Part shown: in pieces, positions 23,020 to 36,579 of the stretch
Layout: each line of letters starts with the position of its first letter
Position numbering within the stretch: position 1 is the first letter of the stretch
From: the human T2T-CHM13v2.0 reference genome, Homo sapiens
Length of the DNA: 64,000 nt
Assembly (NCBI RefSeq): GCF_009914755.1
Contig: NC_060927.1
Direction: 5' to 3' (one strand)
Made by a program: the position numbers and the translations under genes
Notes under the pieces: generated by a model
Seen by the model: the letters and a program-made list of their open reading frames with translations, nothing else
Told to the model about the DNA's origin: nothing
Database searches by the model: none

Positions 23020-23588
23020 CTTTGTGGTTTTATCTACCTTTGGTCTTTGATGATGGTGATGTACAGATGGGGTTTTGGTGTGGATGTCCTTTCTGTTTCT
23101 TTTCCTTCTAACAGTCAGGACCCTCAGCTACAGGTCTGTTGGAGTTTGCCGGAGGTCCATTCCAGACCCTGTTTGCCTGGGTATCAGCAGCAGAGGCTGC
23201 AGAACAGTGGATATTGGTGAACAGAAAATGTTGCTACTTGATCATTCCTCTGGGAGTTTTGTCTCAGAGAAGTACCTGGCCATGTGAGGTGTCAGTCTGC
23301 CCCTAATTGGGGTGCCTCCCAGTTAGGCTACTCAGGGGTCAGGGACCCACTTGAGGAGGCAGTCTGTCCGTTCTCAGATCTCCAGCTGCGTGCTGGAAGA
23401 ACCACTACTCTCTTCAAAGCTGTCAGACAGGGACATTTAAGTCTGCAGAGGTTTCTGCTGCCTTTTGTTTGGCTATGCCCGCCCCCAGAAGTGGAGTCTA
23501 CAGAGGCAGGCAGGCCTCCTTGAGCTGTGGTGGGCTCCACCCAGTTTGAGCTTCCCAACCGCTTTGTTTACCTACTCAAGCCTCAGCA

Positions 23589-23930
23589 ATGGCGGGCGCC
23601 CCTCCCCCAGCCTCACTGCTGCCTTGCAGTTCGATCTCAGACTGCTGTGCTAGCAATGAGCGAGGCTCCGTGGGCGTAGGACCCTCCGAGCCAGGCACGG
23701 GATATAATCTCCTGGTGTGCCGTTTGCTAAGACTGTCGGAAAAGCGCAGTAGTAGGGTGGGAGTGACCCGATTTTCCAGGTGTCGTCCGTCACCCCTTTC
23801 CTTGGCTAGGAAAGGGAATTCCCCTGACCCCTTGTGCTTCCCGGGGGAGGCGATGCCTCACCCTGCTTCGGCTCGGGCTCAATGCACGGCACACACTGTC
23901 CTGCACCCACTGTCTGACAATCCCCAGTGA
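23589..23930 (+). CDS. L1 antisense ORF0 homologue, open for 113 codons
   Basis: MAGAPPPASLLPCSSISDCCASNERGSVGVGPSEPG... matches the primate ORF0 N-terminus, at the expected position ~450 nt into the 5'UTR. Kozak gcaATGg. Confidence 0.6.
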   Translation: MAGAPPPASLLPCSSISDCCASNERGSVGVGPSEPGTGYNLLVCRLLRLSEKRSSRVGVTRFSRCRPSPLSLARKGNSPDPLCFPGEAMPHPASARAQCTAHTVLHPLSDNPQ

Positions 23931-24543
23931 GATGCACCCGGTACCTCAGTTGGAAATGCAGAAATCATTCGTCTTCTGTGTCGCTCACGCTGGGAGCTGT
24001 AGACTGGAGCTGTTCCTATTCGGCCATCTTCACTTTTAGCCTTCAAGCTGCCAAGCTAACTTTAGGAGACATTTAGTTTATAGTTTAAATTATAATAGCC
24101 CTTCCCCCAAACTCAATCACCTTTGTAAAGCTAATTAGAGACCACTGGGCTAGGGGGCAGAGAGGAGCCTGAATTCTGCTAAGGTGTAAACATAAACGAT
24201 TGCCAGCCATAATTCTGGAGGTCATAAGATATGCAACTTCCCCAATTATTCCTTCAGATAACATCACTACTGTAGAACCTAAGATTGACCTTTTGGGATA
24301 CTTTCTCAGGTTTCTTGCATGTCTGACACCCATGCTTTACCTGGACCTACTGATCAACAGCTCCTGTGGCCTCACCCAGGAGTGATTCAGCATGCAAGAA
24401 GATCATTTCCCACATCCCTATGATTGCACCCCAACCAATCGGCAGCAAGCACCCACTGTCTAGCCACCCCCACCCTTTCCCCCAAACTACCTTTGAAAAA
24501 CTCCTAACCTTTAAGCCTTTGATGAGACTGATTTGAGTGATAA

Positions 24544-24915
<372 letters not shown>

Positions 24916-25214
24916 TGATTTTCTTCGTTCAGTGGGCAGGAAGAACCTGTCAGGCAGTTACAATAAGAGTTCCAGGCCAGCCACCATGGCTCACACCTGT
25001 AATCCCAACACTTTGAAAGGCCAAGGTGGGCTGATCACTTGAGCCCAGAAGTTGCAGACCAGCCTGGGCAACATGGTGAAACCACATCTCTATTAAAAAG
25101 TACAAAAAATTAGCCAGGCATGGTCCCATGTACCTGTAGTCCTAGCTACTCAGGAGGCTGAGGTGGGAGGATCATCTGAGCCTGGGAAGTTGAGGCTGCA
25201 GGGAGCCATGATCA

Positions 25215-25865
25215 TGTCAGAGGTGTTTGAACCACAGCGACTCCATCTTGAATAGGCGCTGGGTAAAATAAGGCCAAGACCTACTGGGCTGCATTCCCAG
25301 GAGGTTAGGTATTCTAAGTCACAGGATGAGATAGGTCAGCACAATGTACAGGTCACAAAGACCTTGCTGATAAAAGGATGTGGTAAAGAAGCTGGCCAAA
25401 ACCCACCAAAACCAAGAAGGTGAGGAAAGTGACCTCTGGTGGTCCTACTGCGCATTATATGATAATTAAATATATTAGCATGCAAAAAGACATGCCCACC
25501 AGTGCCATGACAGTTTACAAATGCCATGGCAATGTTAGGAAGTTACCCTATATGGTCTAAAAGGGGGAGGAACCCTCAGTTCCAGGAATTGCCTATCCTT
25601 TCCTTCCCCTGCCCCCCCAACCCCTCGCCCCCAAAAAACTCATGAATAATCCACCCCTTGTTTAGCATATACTCAAGAAATAACTATAAAAATAGCCAAC
25701 TAGCAGCCCTCAGGGCCACTATGCCTACAGAGTAGCCATTCTTTTATTCCTTTACTTTCTTAGCTTGCTTTCCCTTTACTCAAATTCTTTCTTTACCTGA
25801 ATTCTTTCTTACTCAAGGTCCAAGAATCCTCTTGGGGTCTGGATTGGGATCCCTTTCCGGTAACA
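25215..25865 (+). mobile_element. MER41B-like solo LTR inserted into an Alu (~24975-25920)
   Basis: TGTCAGAGGTGTTTGAACC...CCCTTTCCGGTAACA. Flanks ATCA/ATTG are consistent with an ATCG TSD that decayed at the CpG. The Alu continues TGCCACTGCACTCCAGCC after the LTR. Confidence 0.8.
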
Positions 25866-25951
25866 ATTGTGCCACTGCACTCCAGCCTGGGTGACGGGAG
25901 TGAGATGGTGTCTCACAGAAAGAAAAAGAGAGAGAGAGAGTTCCAGGAGAA

Positions 25952-25953
<2 letters not shown>

Positions 25954-25988
<35 letters not shown>
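25954..25988. repeat. (TG)n microsatellite
   Basis: About 17 TG units read directly. Confidence 0.95.
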
Positions 25989-25989
<1 letters not shown>

Positions 25990-26200
25990 GGAGGCTGGGG
26001 CGGGGGGCGTTTGGGGGGTAGTCCTAGAAGTGTTAGATGTTAGGGAATCATTAAATAAATAGTTCAAGTAAGTAAATTTCCCCAAACTAAAGAATAAACA
26101 TTTCCAAAATCATAGCAGCCATGGAGAGTGCAGCCCAAAAGGTGAAAATATCCCCATCCAAGGTACCTCACCATGACATTCAGGGACCAGGGGACTGGAA

Positions 26201-26906
26201 TGTTGGGGCTCAGAACACCACCCCAAAATATGACTGTGGAAGACGAGAATTAATGTCACCTCAAAATATACTTTGGCATATTTTGAGATGGCTATTCCAA
26301 GAAACTAAAGACACAGGAATAGCTCTGAAAAGATCTCCTTTTGTGAAAGAAATTTATGAAAGAATTTTGTAAAAGGAAATCTACATTAGCAAACAGCAGA
26401 TGCAAGCAGAGGCTTTCTCTGAGCCCCCCTTATCTGCCTAGAGATGGAACTAGGAAAAATCATATCACAGGAAGAGGAGATTGTGGGTCGACACGTCCCA
26501 GATAGAGATTACCACAGGCGGCCACCCTTCTGAAGGGTGCTACCTGAGAGATTTTATCTGCATAAGGCAACCTTTGTGGGCTGTGCATTTCCTCCCCTCT
26601 CCCTTCTAGAATTTGTGCCGTGACCTCCTCTCCGCACCCCCACCAAGTGCAGCACCAGATGTACCCTCTCCACACCCTCTCTGCACCCCCACCAAGCCCC
26701 AGGTCCCCTATTCCTTTCCATGGCCTCAAGATGGTACACACACTGGCTCTTCTGGGAGTTTCATATTTTGTGAGGCCTCCATGCATATGTGCACATAATA
26801 AATTTGTGTGTCTTTCCTCTTGTTAATCTGTCTACTGTCAAGTTTATTCCAGAGACAAATTATTGAACTTTCAGAGGGTGAACGAAAAGTTCCCCTTTCC
26901 CCTACA
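26201..26906 (+). mobile_element. MER34/MER39-group ERV1 solo LTR
   Basis: TGTTGGGGCTCAGAACACCACCCCAAAATATG start, AATAAA at ~26797, end CCCCTACA. Confidence 0.6.
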
Positions 26907-27374
26907 GAAAAAAGAAAATATCCTTAAAGAACCCATTCTCTTATTTCTGGAAGGTATCATTTAGCTCATGGTGGGTAGGAATCTCACAGGTTGAAATAGC
27001 ATTTCTAGTAGAATTGTCACAAGGATTTTAGTACACTTAAGAAGTTCATAAAGAAGTTCTAACGATGCTAGACTACCTTTTTTTGGTAATGTAAAAGTAA
27101 TAAAGGGTCATTACAGAAAACATGAATTTCAGAAAAGTATAAAGAAGAAAAGCAACAGCTATAATTGAACAACCCTGAAATAAATACTGTAACTGTTTTG
27201 GATTGCTTCCTTCTTGTGCGTGAAGTTTTTTCCCCCATATAGCATCTCCATATCCTTTAATAATATTTATCATTAAACATAACTGAAACTATACTTGTGA
27301 ACAGTTTTGGAGTGATGGAGTGCAATGGCTGGATATCAGCTCACTGCAGCCTCAACCTACCCAGGCTCAGGTGA

Positions 27375-27745
<371 letters not shown>

Positions 27746-27983
27746 CAGTTTTGTATTTTCTGTAGAAATGGGGTTTCACCATATTGTCCAGCCTGGTCTC
27801 GAATTCCTGGGCTCAGCTGATCCACCCATCTCAGCCTCCCAAAGTGCTGGGAATACAGGCATGAGCCATTGTGTCTGGCCCAGTTTTACAATGTTATGTA
27901 CAAAGCCTCAAAGGTGAAGGATACAGTGAGCCATGTTCACGCCAAAAAAAAAAAAAAAAAAAAGAAAGAAAGAAAAAAAAGAA

Positions 27984-28473
27984 ACAGGTCACAAAGTCCC
28001 TGCTAATAAGACTGGTTGCGGTAAAGAAGCCAGCCAAAACCCACCAAAACCAAGATGGCAATAAAAGTGATCTCTGGTCATCCTCACTGCTCAAAATACA
28101 CTAATTATAATGTATTAGCATGGTAAAACACATGCCCACCAGTGCCATGAGTTTACAAATGCCTAGAAGTTACCCTATATGGTCTTAAGTGGGGAGAAAC
28201 CCTTAGTTCTAGGAATTGCCCGCCCCTTTTCCAGAACGTTCATGAATAACCTACCCCTTATTTAGCATATGATCAAGAAATAACTATAAGTATACTCAGT
28301 GGGGCAGCCCATGCCACTACTGTGCCTATGGAGTAGCCAGCCATTCTTTTGTTTCTTTACTTCTCTAATAAACTTGCTTTCACTTTACTCTATGAACTCG
28401 CCCCGAATTCTTTCTTGCACAAGGTCCAAGAACCCTCTCTTGGGGTCTGGATTGGAACCCCTTTCCAGTAACA
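27984..28473 (+). mobile_element. MER41 LTR, 5'-truncated
   Basis: Colinear with 25347-25865 and ends CCCTTTCCAGTAACA. Confidence 0.7.
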
Positions 28474-29520
28474 CAATGGGTTCATTTTGCTTGCTGCCCA
28501 GATAGAGCCAGATCGGGACCTCTTTCCAGTAACACAATGGTTCATTTTGCTTGCTGCCCAGATAGAGCCAATCTGTCAAGACAAGAGAAACTGCACTGGG
28601 GAGAGACTTTCATTCACGGCTGAATGAGAGACCAGAGTTTTATTACTCAAAACAGTCTCTCCAAAAATTCAGACTAGGGTTTTTCAAGGATAGTTTGGTG
28701 GGCAGCAGGGCTAGGGAATGGGGAGTGCCCATTAGTTGGGTCAGAGATGAGATCTTATGGAGTTGAAGCTATCCTCTTGGGCTGAAGTGATTCCTGGGTG
28801 GGGACCACAGGAACAGCTGGCAGGTCTGAGTGGCAGTCGTCAGAAATGCAAAAACCTGGCCGGGCATGGTGGCTTACACCAGTAATCCCAGCACTCTGGG
28901 AAGCTGAGGCGGGCAGATCACCTGAGGTCAGGAGTTTGAGATTGGCCTGGCCAACATGGTGAAACCCCCTCTCCACTAAAAATACAAAAATTAAGCAGGC
29001 GTGGTGGCACACACCTGTAATCCCAGCTACTTGGGAGTCTGAGACAGGAGAATCACTTGAACCGAGGAGGCGGAGGTTGCAGTGAGCCGAGATGGGGTGC
29101 CACTGTACTCCAGCCTGGGAAACAGAGTGAGATTCCATCTCAAAAAAAAAAAAAAGAAAAAGAAAAAAAAAAAGAAATGCAAAAACCTGAAAAGACACCT
29201 CAAAAGGCCAATCTTAGGTTCTACAATAGTGATGTTATTGCAGGAGTAATTGGGGAATTGCGAATCTTGTGGCTAATTTATTCGTCCTAAAAAGACACTC
29301 TGGCACCAGGCAAGAAGAGGGTTTATTTCAGGAAAGAGCTGTTATCATCATTTCAAAGTTAAACTATAAACTAAATTCCTCCCAAAGTTAGTTCAGCCTA
29401 AAGTTAGTTCAGGAATGAACAAGGATAGCTTGGAGGTTAGAAGCAAGATATAGTCTGTTAGGTCAGATTTATTTCACTGTTGTAATTTTCTCACTGTTAC
29501 ATTTTGCAAAGGTGGTTCCA
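28474..29520 (-). mobile_element. LTR8-like solo LTR with an internal Alu
   Basis: Similar to 14335-15374; ends TTTGCAAAGGTGGTTCCA. Confidence 0.65.
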
Positions 29521-30065
29521 GGACTTCAGGAATATGCCACCATGACTGGCTTTTAAAATTTTTTTGTAGGGGTCTCATTATGTATCCCAGATTGGTCTCC
29601 CAACTCCTGGTCTCAAGTGATCTTCTTGTCTTCAGCCTCCCAAAGTGCTGGGATTATAGGTATGAGCCACCATGCTGGGCCTCATTTAATTTATAATTAT
29701 TTCTAATTAGAATTGACCATTTTGCCCATTTTGTCAGCAGTTTCTTTCTTTCAGGAGTTGTCTCATTTTGCCAGTCCTGATATTTTTCTTATAGATCTAG
29801 ACATGTTTGGCAACATGCTCCAAGGAGCTACGTGTCATGTTCTCATCTCCGTGGCCATGCCCCAGACCAGAGAATATAATGCCTCCACTGTGAAAATATT
29901 CTTTCCAAATGACAGTGACAGTTATGGCACTCACGTTTTCCACAGCGTTTCTTCCTCTTTTTCCTTCTCCTGGTTTTCTGAGTGTATTTGTTTTCCTAGT
30001 TTATCTTACTCTGGCTGAGTGAACATATGACTGGAGCTGTTTCCCTACCTTCTAGCACATGCGCA

Positions 30066-30603
30066 TGTTACTGGGAAGGGATCCCAATCCAGACCCCAAG
30101 AGAGGGTTCTTGGATCTAGCAAAATAAATAATTCAGAGTCCATAAAGTGAAAGCAAATTTATAGGAAAGTAAATGAATAAAGAATGGTCACTCAACAGAG
30201 TAGCCCCAAGGGCTGCTGGTTGCCCATTTTTGTGGTTATTTCTTGATTATATGCTAAACAAGGGGTGGATTATTCATGCCTCCCCTTTTTAGATCATAAA
30301 GGGCAACTTCCTGACATTGCCATGGCATTTGTAAACTGTGATGGGGCTGGTGGACTGTAGCAGTGAGGATGACAAGAGGTCACTCTCGTCGCCATCTTGG
30401 TTTTGCTGGGATTTGGCTGGCTTCTTTATTACAACCTGCTTTATAAGCATGGTTTTTATGACCTATATCTTATGCTGACCTCCTATCTCGTCCTATGACT
30501 AAGAATGCCTTAACCTCCTGGGAATGCAGCCCAGCAGGTCTCAGCCTCATTCTACTCAGCCCCTATTCAAAATGGAGTTACTCTGGTTCAAATGCCTCTG
30601 ACA
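30066..30603 (-). mobile_element. MER41A-like solo LTR
   Basis: Termini TGTTACT...AAATGCCTCTGACA. Lacks the ~43-bp GAS-containing segment present in the other MER41 copies (reads TATTCATG|CCTCCCCTTTTTAG). Confidence 0.75.
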
Positions 30604-32992
30604 CCCACTATCCCTTCACCCCTACCCTGCACTCCAGCCATAGTGACCCCAGAGTGCCCTGCATCCAGCTGGTACCCATTGAACACAATTTAATGAAATA
30701 CCACACATTTGAGGAGGACAGGAAGGAAAAGTGAAAAACATCTGATTTATTTTACTTATTTATTTGAGACGGAGTTTTGCTCTTGTCACACAGGCTGGAG
30801 TACAGTGATGCGATCTAGGCTCACTGCAACCTCTGCCTCCCAGGTTCAAGCAATTCATCTGCCTCAGCCTCCCGAGTACCTGGGATTACAGATGCGCACC
30901 ATCATGCCCAGCTAATTTTTTTTTTTTTTTTTTTTTAAGTAGAGACAGGGCCTCACCATGTTGGCTAGGCTGGTCTCGAACTCCTGACTTCAGGTGATCC
31001 GCCTGCCTCGGCCTCCCAAAGTGCTGGGATTACAGGTGTAAGCCACCTTGCCCTGCCCTTATTTTTAAATTTTTATTTATTTATTTTAAAGACAGGGTCC
31101 TGCTATGTTGCTCAGGCTGGAGTGCAGTGGCTGGTTTATTCACAGGTGAGATCATAGTGCACTGTAGCCTTGAACATCTGGCCTCAAGTGATTCTCCTGC
31201 CTCAGCTTCCCAAGTAGCTGGGACTACAGGCATATGCTACTGTGCCCTACTAATTTTCTTTTTAATAGAACATTTGGTTTCAGTAGCAGAACTTACTTAA
31301 ATTTGTGAGAAATGTCTGCTCCCCAATAGAGAACATGGCCCTGCAAAACAGTCTTGGTTTACTCATTTCACAATTTTCCCTTCCTCAGTTGACAACTGTG
31401 AAATAGGGAACCAAATGCTATCAAAGATAGCTACAAATAATATCTGCGTGAGGCAGACAATTATCTGTGCTGCAGACCCTTCTCTGCTTTGGCCTTAATT
31501 CCAAACAACAGTAAAAGCAAATCCACAAAACCATTTGGGGATAGGAAAGTACAAAGGGGTATTTACTCACAGGAAAAAAAAATTAGGACCCTTCATTGGT
31601 GTCCAGCACGTATTTATGCTCCCCAGTGTCCTGGGGGCCTTGCAGACGCCTTTCGAGCCCATCACAGACATTACCTTAAAATGCTTCCCAGATTTAACTG
31701 AAAGTAAACACCTTCAGAAGGGAAAGTAGACTGAACATTAGGTAAAAGCACCCTTGCTTTCTAATCTCCAGTGAGGCCAAAATTGATCTTATGAGCTCAT
31801 AAGTTGATCTAGAAAACACATTTGTAATAAATATTTTCTATGCTCTTCAATGACAATTAAAAAATGGACACTATATAACTAAGATGGGATTGATCTTATG
31901 AGCTTTTAAGTTAATCTAGAAAACATTTGTAATAATCCATGCTCTTCAGTAACAATAAAAAAAGAACACTATGTAACTAATTAAGATGGGAGTAGAAGGC
32001 CAATAAAAACATCTAATGTCTAGCACCACCTTGTGGTACAACATTCAAATCCCGAGCCCTTACAAGGACCCCAAGATTAAACCTTCTTGAAAAAGACTTG
32101 GTTCATGAGCTGCTCTACCATTTCGACCTAACAATATACTTTCTGGAGAAATACAAAATAATAGAAATAACTAACACTTGACTGGTACTTTATAGTAAAC
32201 CAAGCACTCCCATCTGAATGATCTCACTTAATCCTGGCAGCAGCCCTGCCAGGTACTAGGTACTAAGATCTCAGTCTTAGACATGTGGAGTCTGAAGTTC
32301 AAAGAAGTTGGTAGTTTGTACTGGGTAAGTCCTGCACTTGAACCCATTTATTCATATTCCAAATCCTGTAATAAAATTGTATTAGCACTATTGTATGGAG
32401 TATGTGTGTGTGTATGTGTATATATATATACACACGCACACACACATCACTATACTATATGTATTAATATATGTGAAAAGTTCAAAAGAAACATATAGTA
32501 CTATATAGGATATTTTAATATAATATAGTATTTATACTATTTTTTATAGTACTGTTAGCCAGTACTCACTACGTTTCCGGCGACTGTTTTCTGGCTGTGA
32601 AGACAAGGCAATATTGGTTGACTCTTTGTAGTCTATATGATTCCACACAGTTTGCTACTAAACCAACCATGGTCTTGCTTTCCTAGTCCCTAAGCACCCA
32701 AACGTGGGAGAACCTGATCCTCTGTTGTATTAATTTAGGGTGCACTGATGGAAATGTGTCCAGCGAGAATGAACACAAGAACCTAGAGGCAATGAGACTG
32801 AAGCCATTTTTAGGTTTGGCCTTTAATATGCTTGTGAACCAATCTACTGGCTCATAGTTAAAATACTGATGGACTGGGTCACCTCATTAATTTAACAAGA
32901 AGTACATTTTACAATCAACATATCTTAAAGTTGGCAGCTGCCTGGGCCCACTTCCAACCCTGACCCAGCCATGAAAAAAAAAAAACAAACAG

Positions 32993-32993
<1 letters not shown>

Positions 32994-33063
<70 letters not shown>
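32994..33063. repeat. Compound (TA)n(GA)n microsatellite at the tail of a minus-strand Alu
   Basis: About 18 TA units then about 17 GA units, directly adjoining the Alu at ~33060-33320. Confidence 0.95.
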
Positions 33064-33068
<5 letters not shown>

Positions 33069-33613
33069 TCTCACTCTGTTGCCCAGGCTACAGTGCAATG
33101 GCGTGATCTTGGCTCACTGCAACCGCCACCTCCCAGGTTCCTGCCTCAGCTTCTCGAGTAGCTGAGACTAAAGGCACCATGCCTAGCTAATTTTTTGTAT
33201 TTTTAGTAGAGACAAGATTTTGCCATGTTGGCCAAGCTAGTCTCGAACTCCTGACTTCAGATGATCCACCTGCCTCAACCTCCCAAAATGCTGGGATTAC
33301 AGGCATGAGCCACCACGACCAGCAGTTAATCTTAATGTATCTTAAATATATGAGAGGCCACTTGCTCAGTGTCAGAGGTCGGCATGTCATTAAACCAGCT
33401 TTAAATATTGTTTTTATTGTTTATTTTTTGAGACAGACTCTTACTCTGTCACCCAAGCTGGAGTGCAGTGGCACAACCTGGGCTCACTGCAACCTCCACC
33501 TCCCGGGTTCAAGTGAGCCTCGGCCTCTCAATTAGCTGGGACTACAGTGGACTACAGACATGCACCACCACGCCCAGCTAATTTTTGTATTTTTAGCAGA
33601 GACAGGGTTTTAA

Positions 33614-33721
<108 letters not shown>

Positions 33722-36579
33722 TAAATATTCTAAATGAAAACTTTTGCAGCCTGGCTTTATGGGGGTTAGAATTTGGGGCATAATTACTCCTGTGGGTAGA
33801 GACAACTCCAGGTTGTGTTTGGAGGAAACTGTTGGCCCCATTCACAGGTATATGCCCAGCCAACCACTGGCAAAGGAAGACGACTTCATCAACCTGTTTT
33901 GCTTTCTCTGAAGTCATTCTTACTTGTCTCTTGGCCGGATGGTCTGCCCAATAGCTACCCTTCTAAGGGACAATAACCTAGACCTCCTGGTTCCTAGATT
34001 CACATCAAACCCTCCACTGAGAACACTATTGATGGAAAACTGACCGAAGGACCAACAGCCCGTTAGTCTTCTAGGGATTCTAAACCCATCTAGACCAGCC
34101 CCTTTCAGTCCTCTTCATCCACTTATTTGACTAGTCCTTTGGGGGTTATATCTATGTTAAGCTATATTATCAGAAACAATGCTTTGATACTTGTGTTTAT
34201 TATTGGTAAAACTGTTAAGTTTGCCATGTTGTAGTGTTCTCTTTATGGGAACTAGAGGGAAAGGTTCCTTAGATCTCCAGATTAGGGGTAGCTGCCTCAG
34301 GTTTATCGCATGGAGTCTGAACTTGATCTTGTTTCCTTCTTTACACTGACAACTAGGAAGCAAAATCTGTTATTTATCCTTAAGTGTATAAGACCTGCTG
34401 TAATGCAGTTTGTGTGGATAAGATTATTTTCCTGGCCTCAACTTTTATTTTCCTTTAGCCCAATTTCCCTACTTAAAATCGTGTAATTTTTGTATTTTTG
34501 TAAGTTGTCCTTAAACTTTTTTGGGGATAATTTTAAAAATAGAAGAAAAACTACTCTCTGGTGTTAGACTTCAGAATAGAGGATATCCTTGTGGGGACAG
34601 TGACTGGAACGAGACACAGGGGTGGCGTGGGTTCTGGGGTGCCAGTCATGCTGGACGCGTCATACAGGTATGTTCACTCTGTGATGTCAGTGAGCTAAAT
34701 ACTTATGATTTGTGCACTTTTCTGTATGTATGTTAAGCTTCTATGTTCAAAAAATGAGGACTGAGGGAAATGATACTCACGTGCCATATATATGTACTTC
34801 CTTTAATCCTCTGAACACTTTTAAGTTAGTAGTTATCCCCATTATAAAAACGAGGAATGTGAGGTTCAAACAGGTTAAGGAATGAGGCCAAAATTCCAAA
34901 TGACTTCTGATAACAAAAGCACAGGCTTATCCTACTACACTACACTGCTCCTTGCTCTTTTTTTTTTTTTTTTTTTTTCAATTGGACACGGGGTCTCGCT
35001 CTGCACCCATGCTGTAGTGCAGTGGTGTGATAATGGCTCACTCCATCGCTACAGCCTCCAACTCCTGGGCTCATGGGATCCTTCAACCTCAGTCTCCCAA
35101 GTAGGTGGGACTACAGGCATATACCACCATACCTGGCTAATTTTCTTATTTTTTTCATAGAGATGGGGTCTTGCTACATCACCCAGGATCCCACTTTCCT
35201 ACTTTAAATGGCCTGTCTTTATCCAGCTTAGCCAATAAAATCCAAGAAACATTGGTCAGACCTAGTAGAGACACAGGTGAAAGGACTTCTATGGAGGGGG
35301 CAGTGGGCAGCATCTGAGGCTGAAGCTGGCTGTGGGATTCATTTGGCGGAGGGGGCTTTGGGAGACAGCACTGGACTGAAAGTGCGGAGCTTGAGGCTGC
35401 TTCTGGACAGGGCTGGATTCTCACTGTGAGAAGGCCCATGAAGCCCCCTAAAGGTCCACCTTCTCTACAAGTTCCATCAGCCCCTCCCAAGAAGTTGAGG
35501 ACAGATGGCAGAATCACAACACCCAGCACGCACAGTGTGAGCCCTGCTGCCTGCCCCTCTTCTCTTCAGGAGCCAGGATTTATTCTGATTGTACAGAACC
35601 ACTATGACTATTATCCAACCCCTTCACACTGGGACCCCTCCTCCAGATGTAGTTGGAGTTGAAGGGCCCAGGCCTGCTGCATGTGCAGTCCAGTCATGTA
35701 CTCAAGACAGGGTTCTCACAAACAGCTTTCTGCAGAAAGGCAAACAGAAAGGCTTACAGGCTCAACTCGTGAGCAGAACAAAATAACCTGGATTTTACTT
35801 CATAAAGGAAAAGTCATTAAAAGGCAATGATTGGGAAAGAGGTCAGCAGACCAATTTAGGGATTTCCCCATATTCTGCAACACTAGCTACGTGATTTTGG
35901 ACTCATCATTTAACCCTTGCTACTGCTTCCTCATTTCCCAATAGGGAGTTGGAATGTCCATTCTAAAGCCCCTCTCAACTCTGAAATTCTAACTCTAAAC
36001 TAGACACCAGTCATCTTCTCCGAGAAACAGCACTGGACAAATGGGGCAGAGGGGAGGACAGGTGATGGCCATTCCCTCTCTCCCCCCCAGGGCAAACAAT
36101 GTGGCAAGGAACTGGCCCAGTGATAAGGGGTCTCAACAATCAGATATGGAGCCATGGAGGGTTCTTGAGCACAGACAGAGCAAAAGTGGTATTTGTGGAA
36201 CACTGGTTTTGAAGAAATACATAACTGAACTAAAGGGGAGACCAATGGGCAAATATGACACTCGAAAAAGAAGAAAACAGAACACTCCTTTAGGCTAGAA
36301 ATATATATGAGTGTCTTATTTTAGTCTACTTGGCCTCATTTTTCCCCATGGTTGTCTGACATGTTGCCTGGGGGAACACTTACAGTCACATGAGTAATGA
36401 CAAGAATCTCTTTACGTGCTACAGGGTCCTTAGGCTTTTCTTTGTGGAATTTTACAGTGAACAATATGGCTAAATTATGTTATTCTATAAAACTTTGACT
36501 ACTTTTCAGGCCTTGAAATTTTATTTACATGTCTCTAACACACACACATACACTTCCTATTTTTTAATACAAAAAGTAC

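Noticed and set aside
32568-32585. ACTACGTTTCCGGCG resembling a ZNF143/ETS promoter motif
   Set aside because: An isolated partial match with no CpG island or other promoter context.
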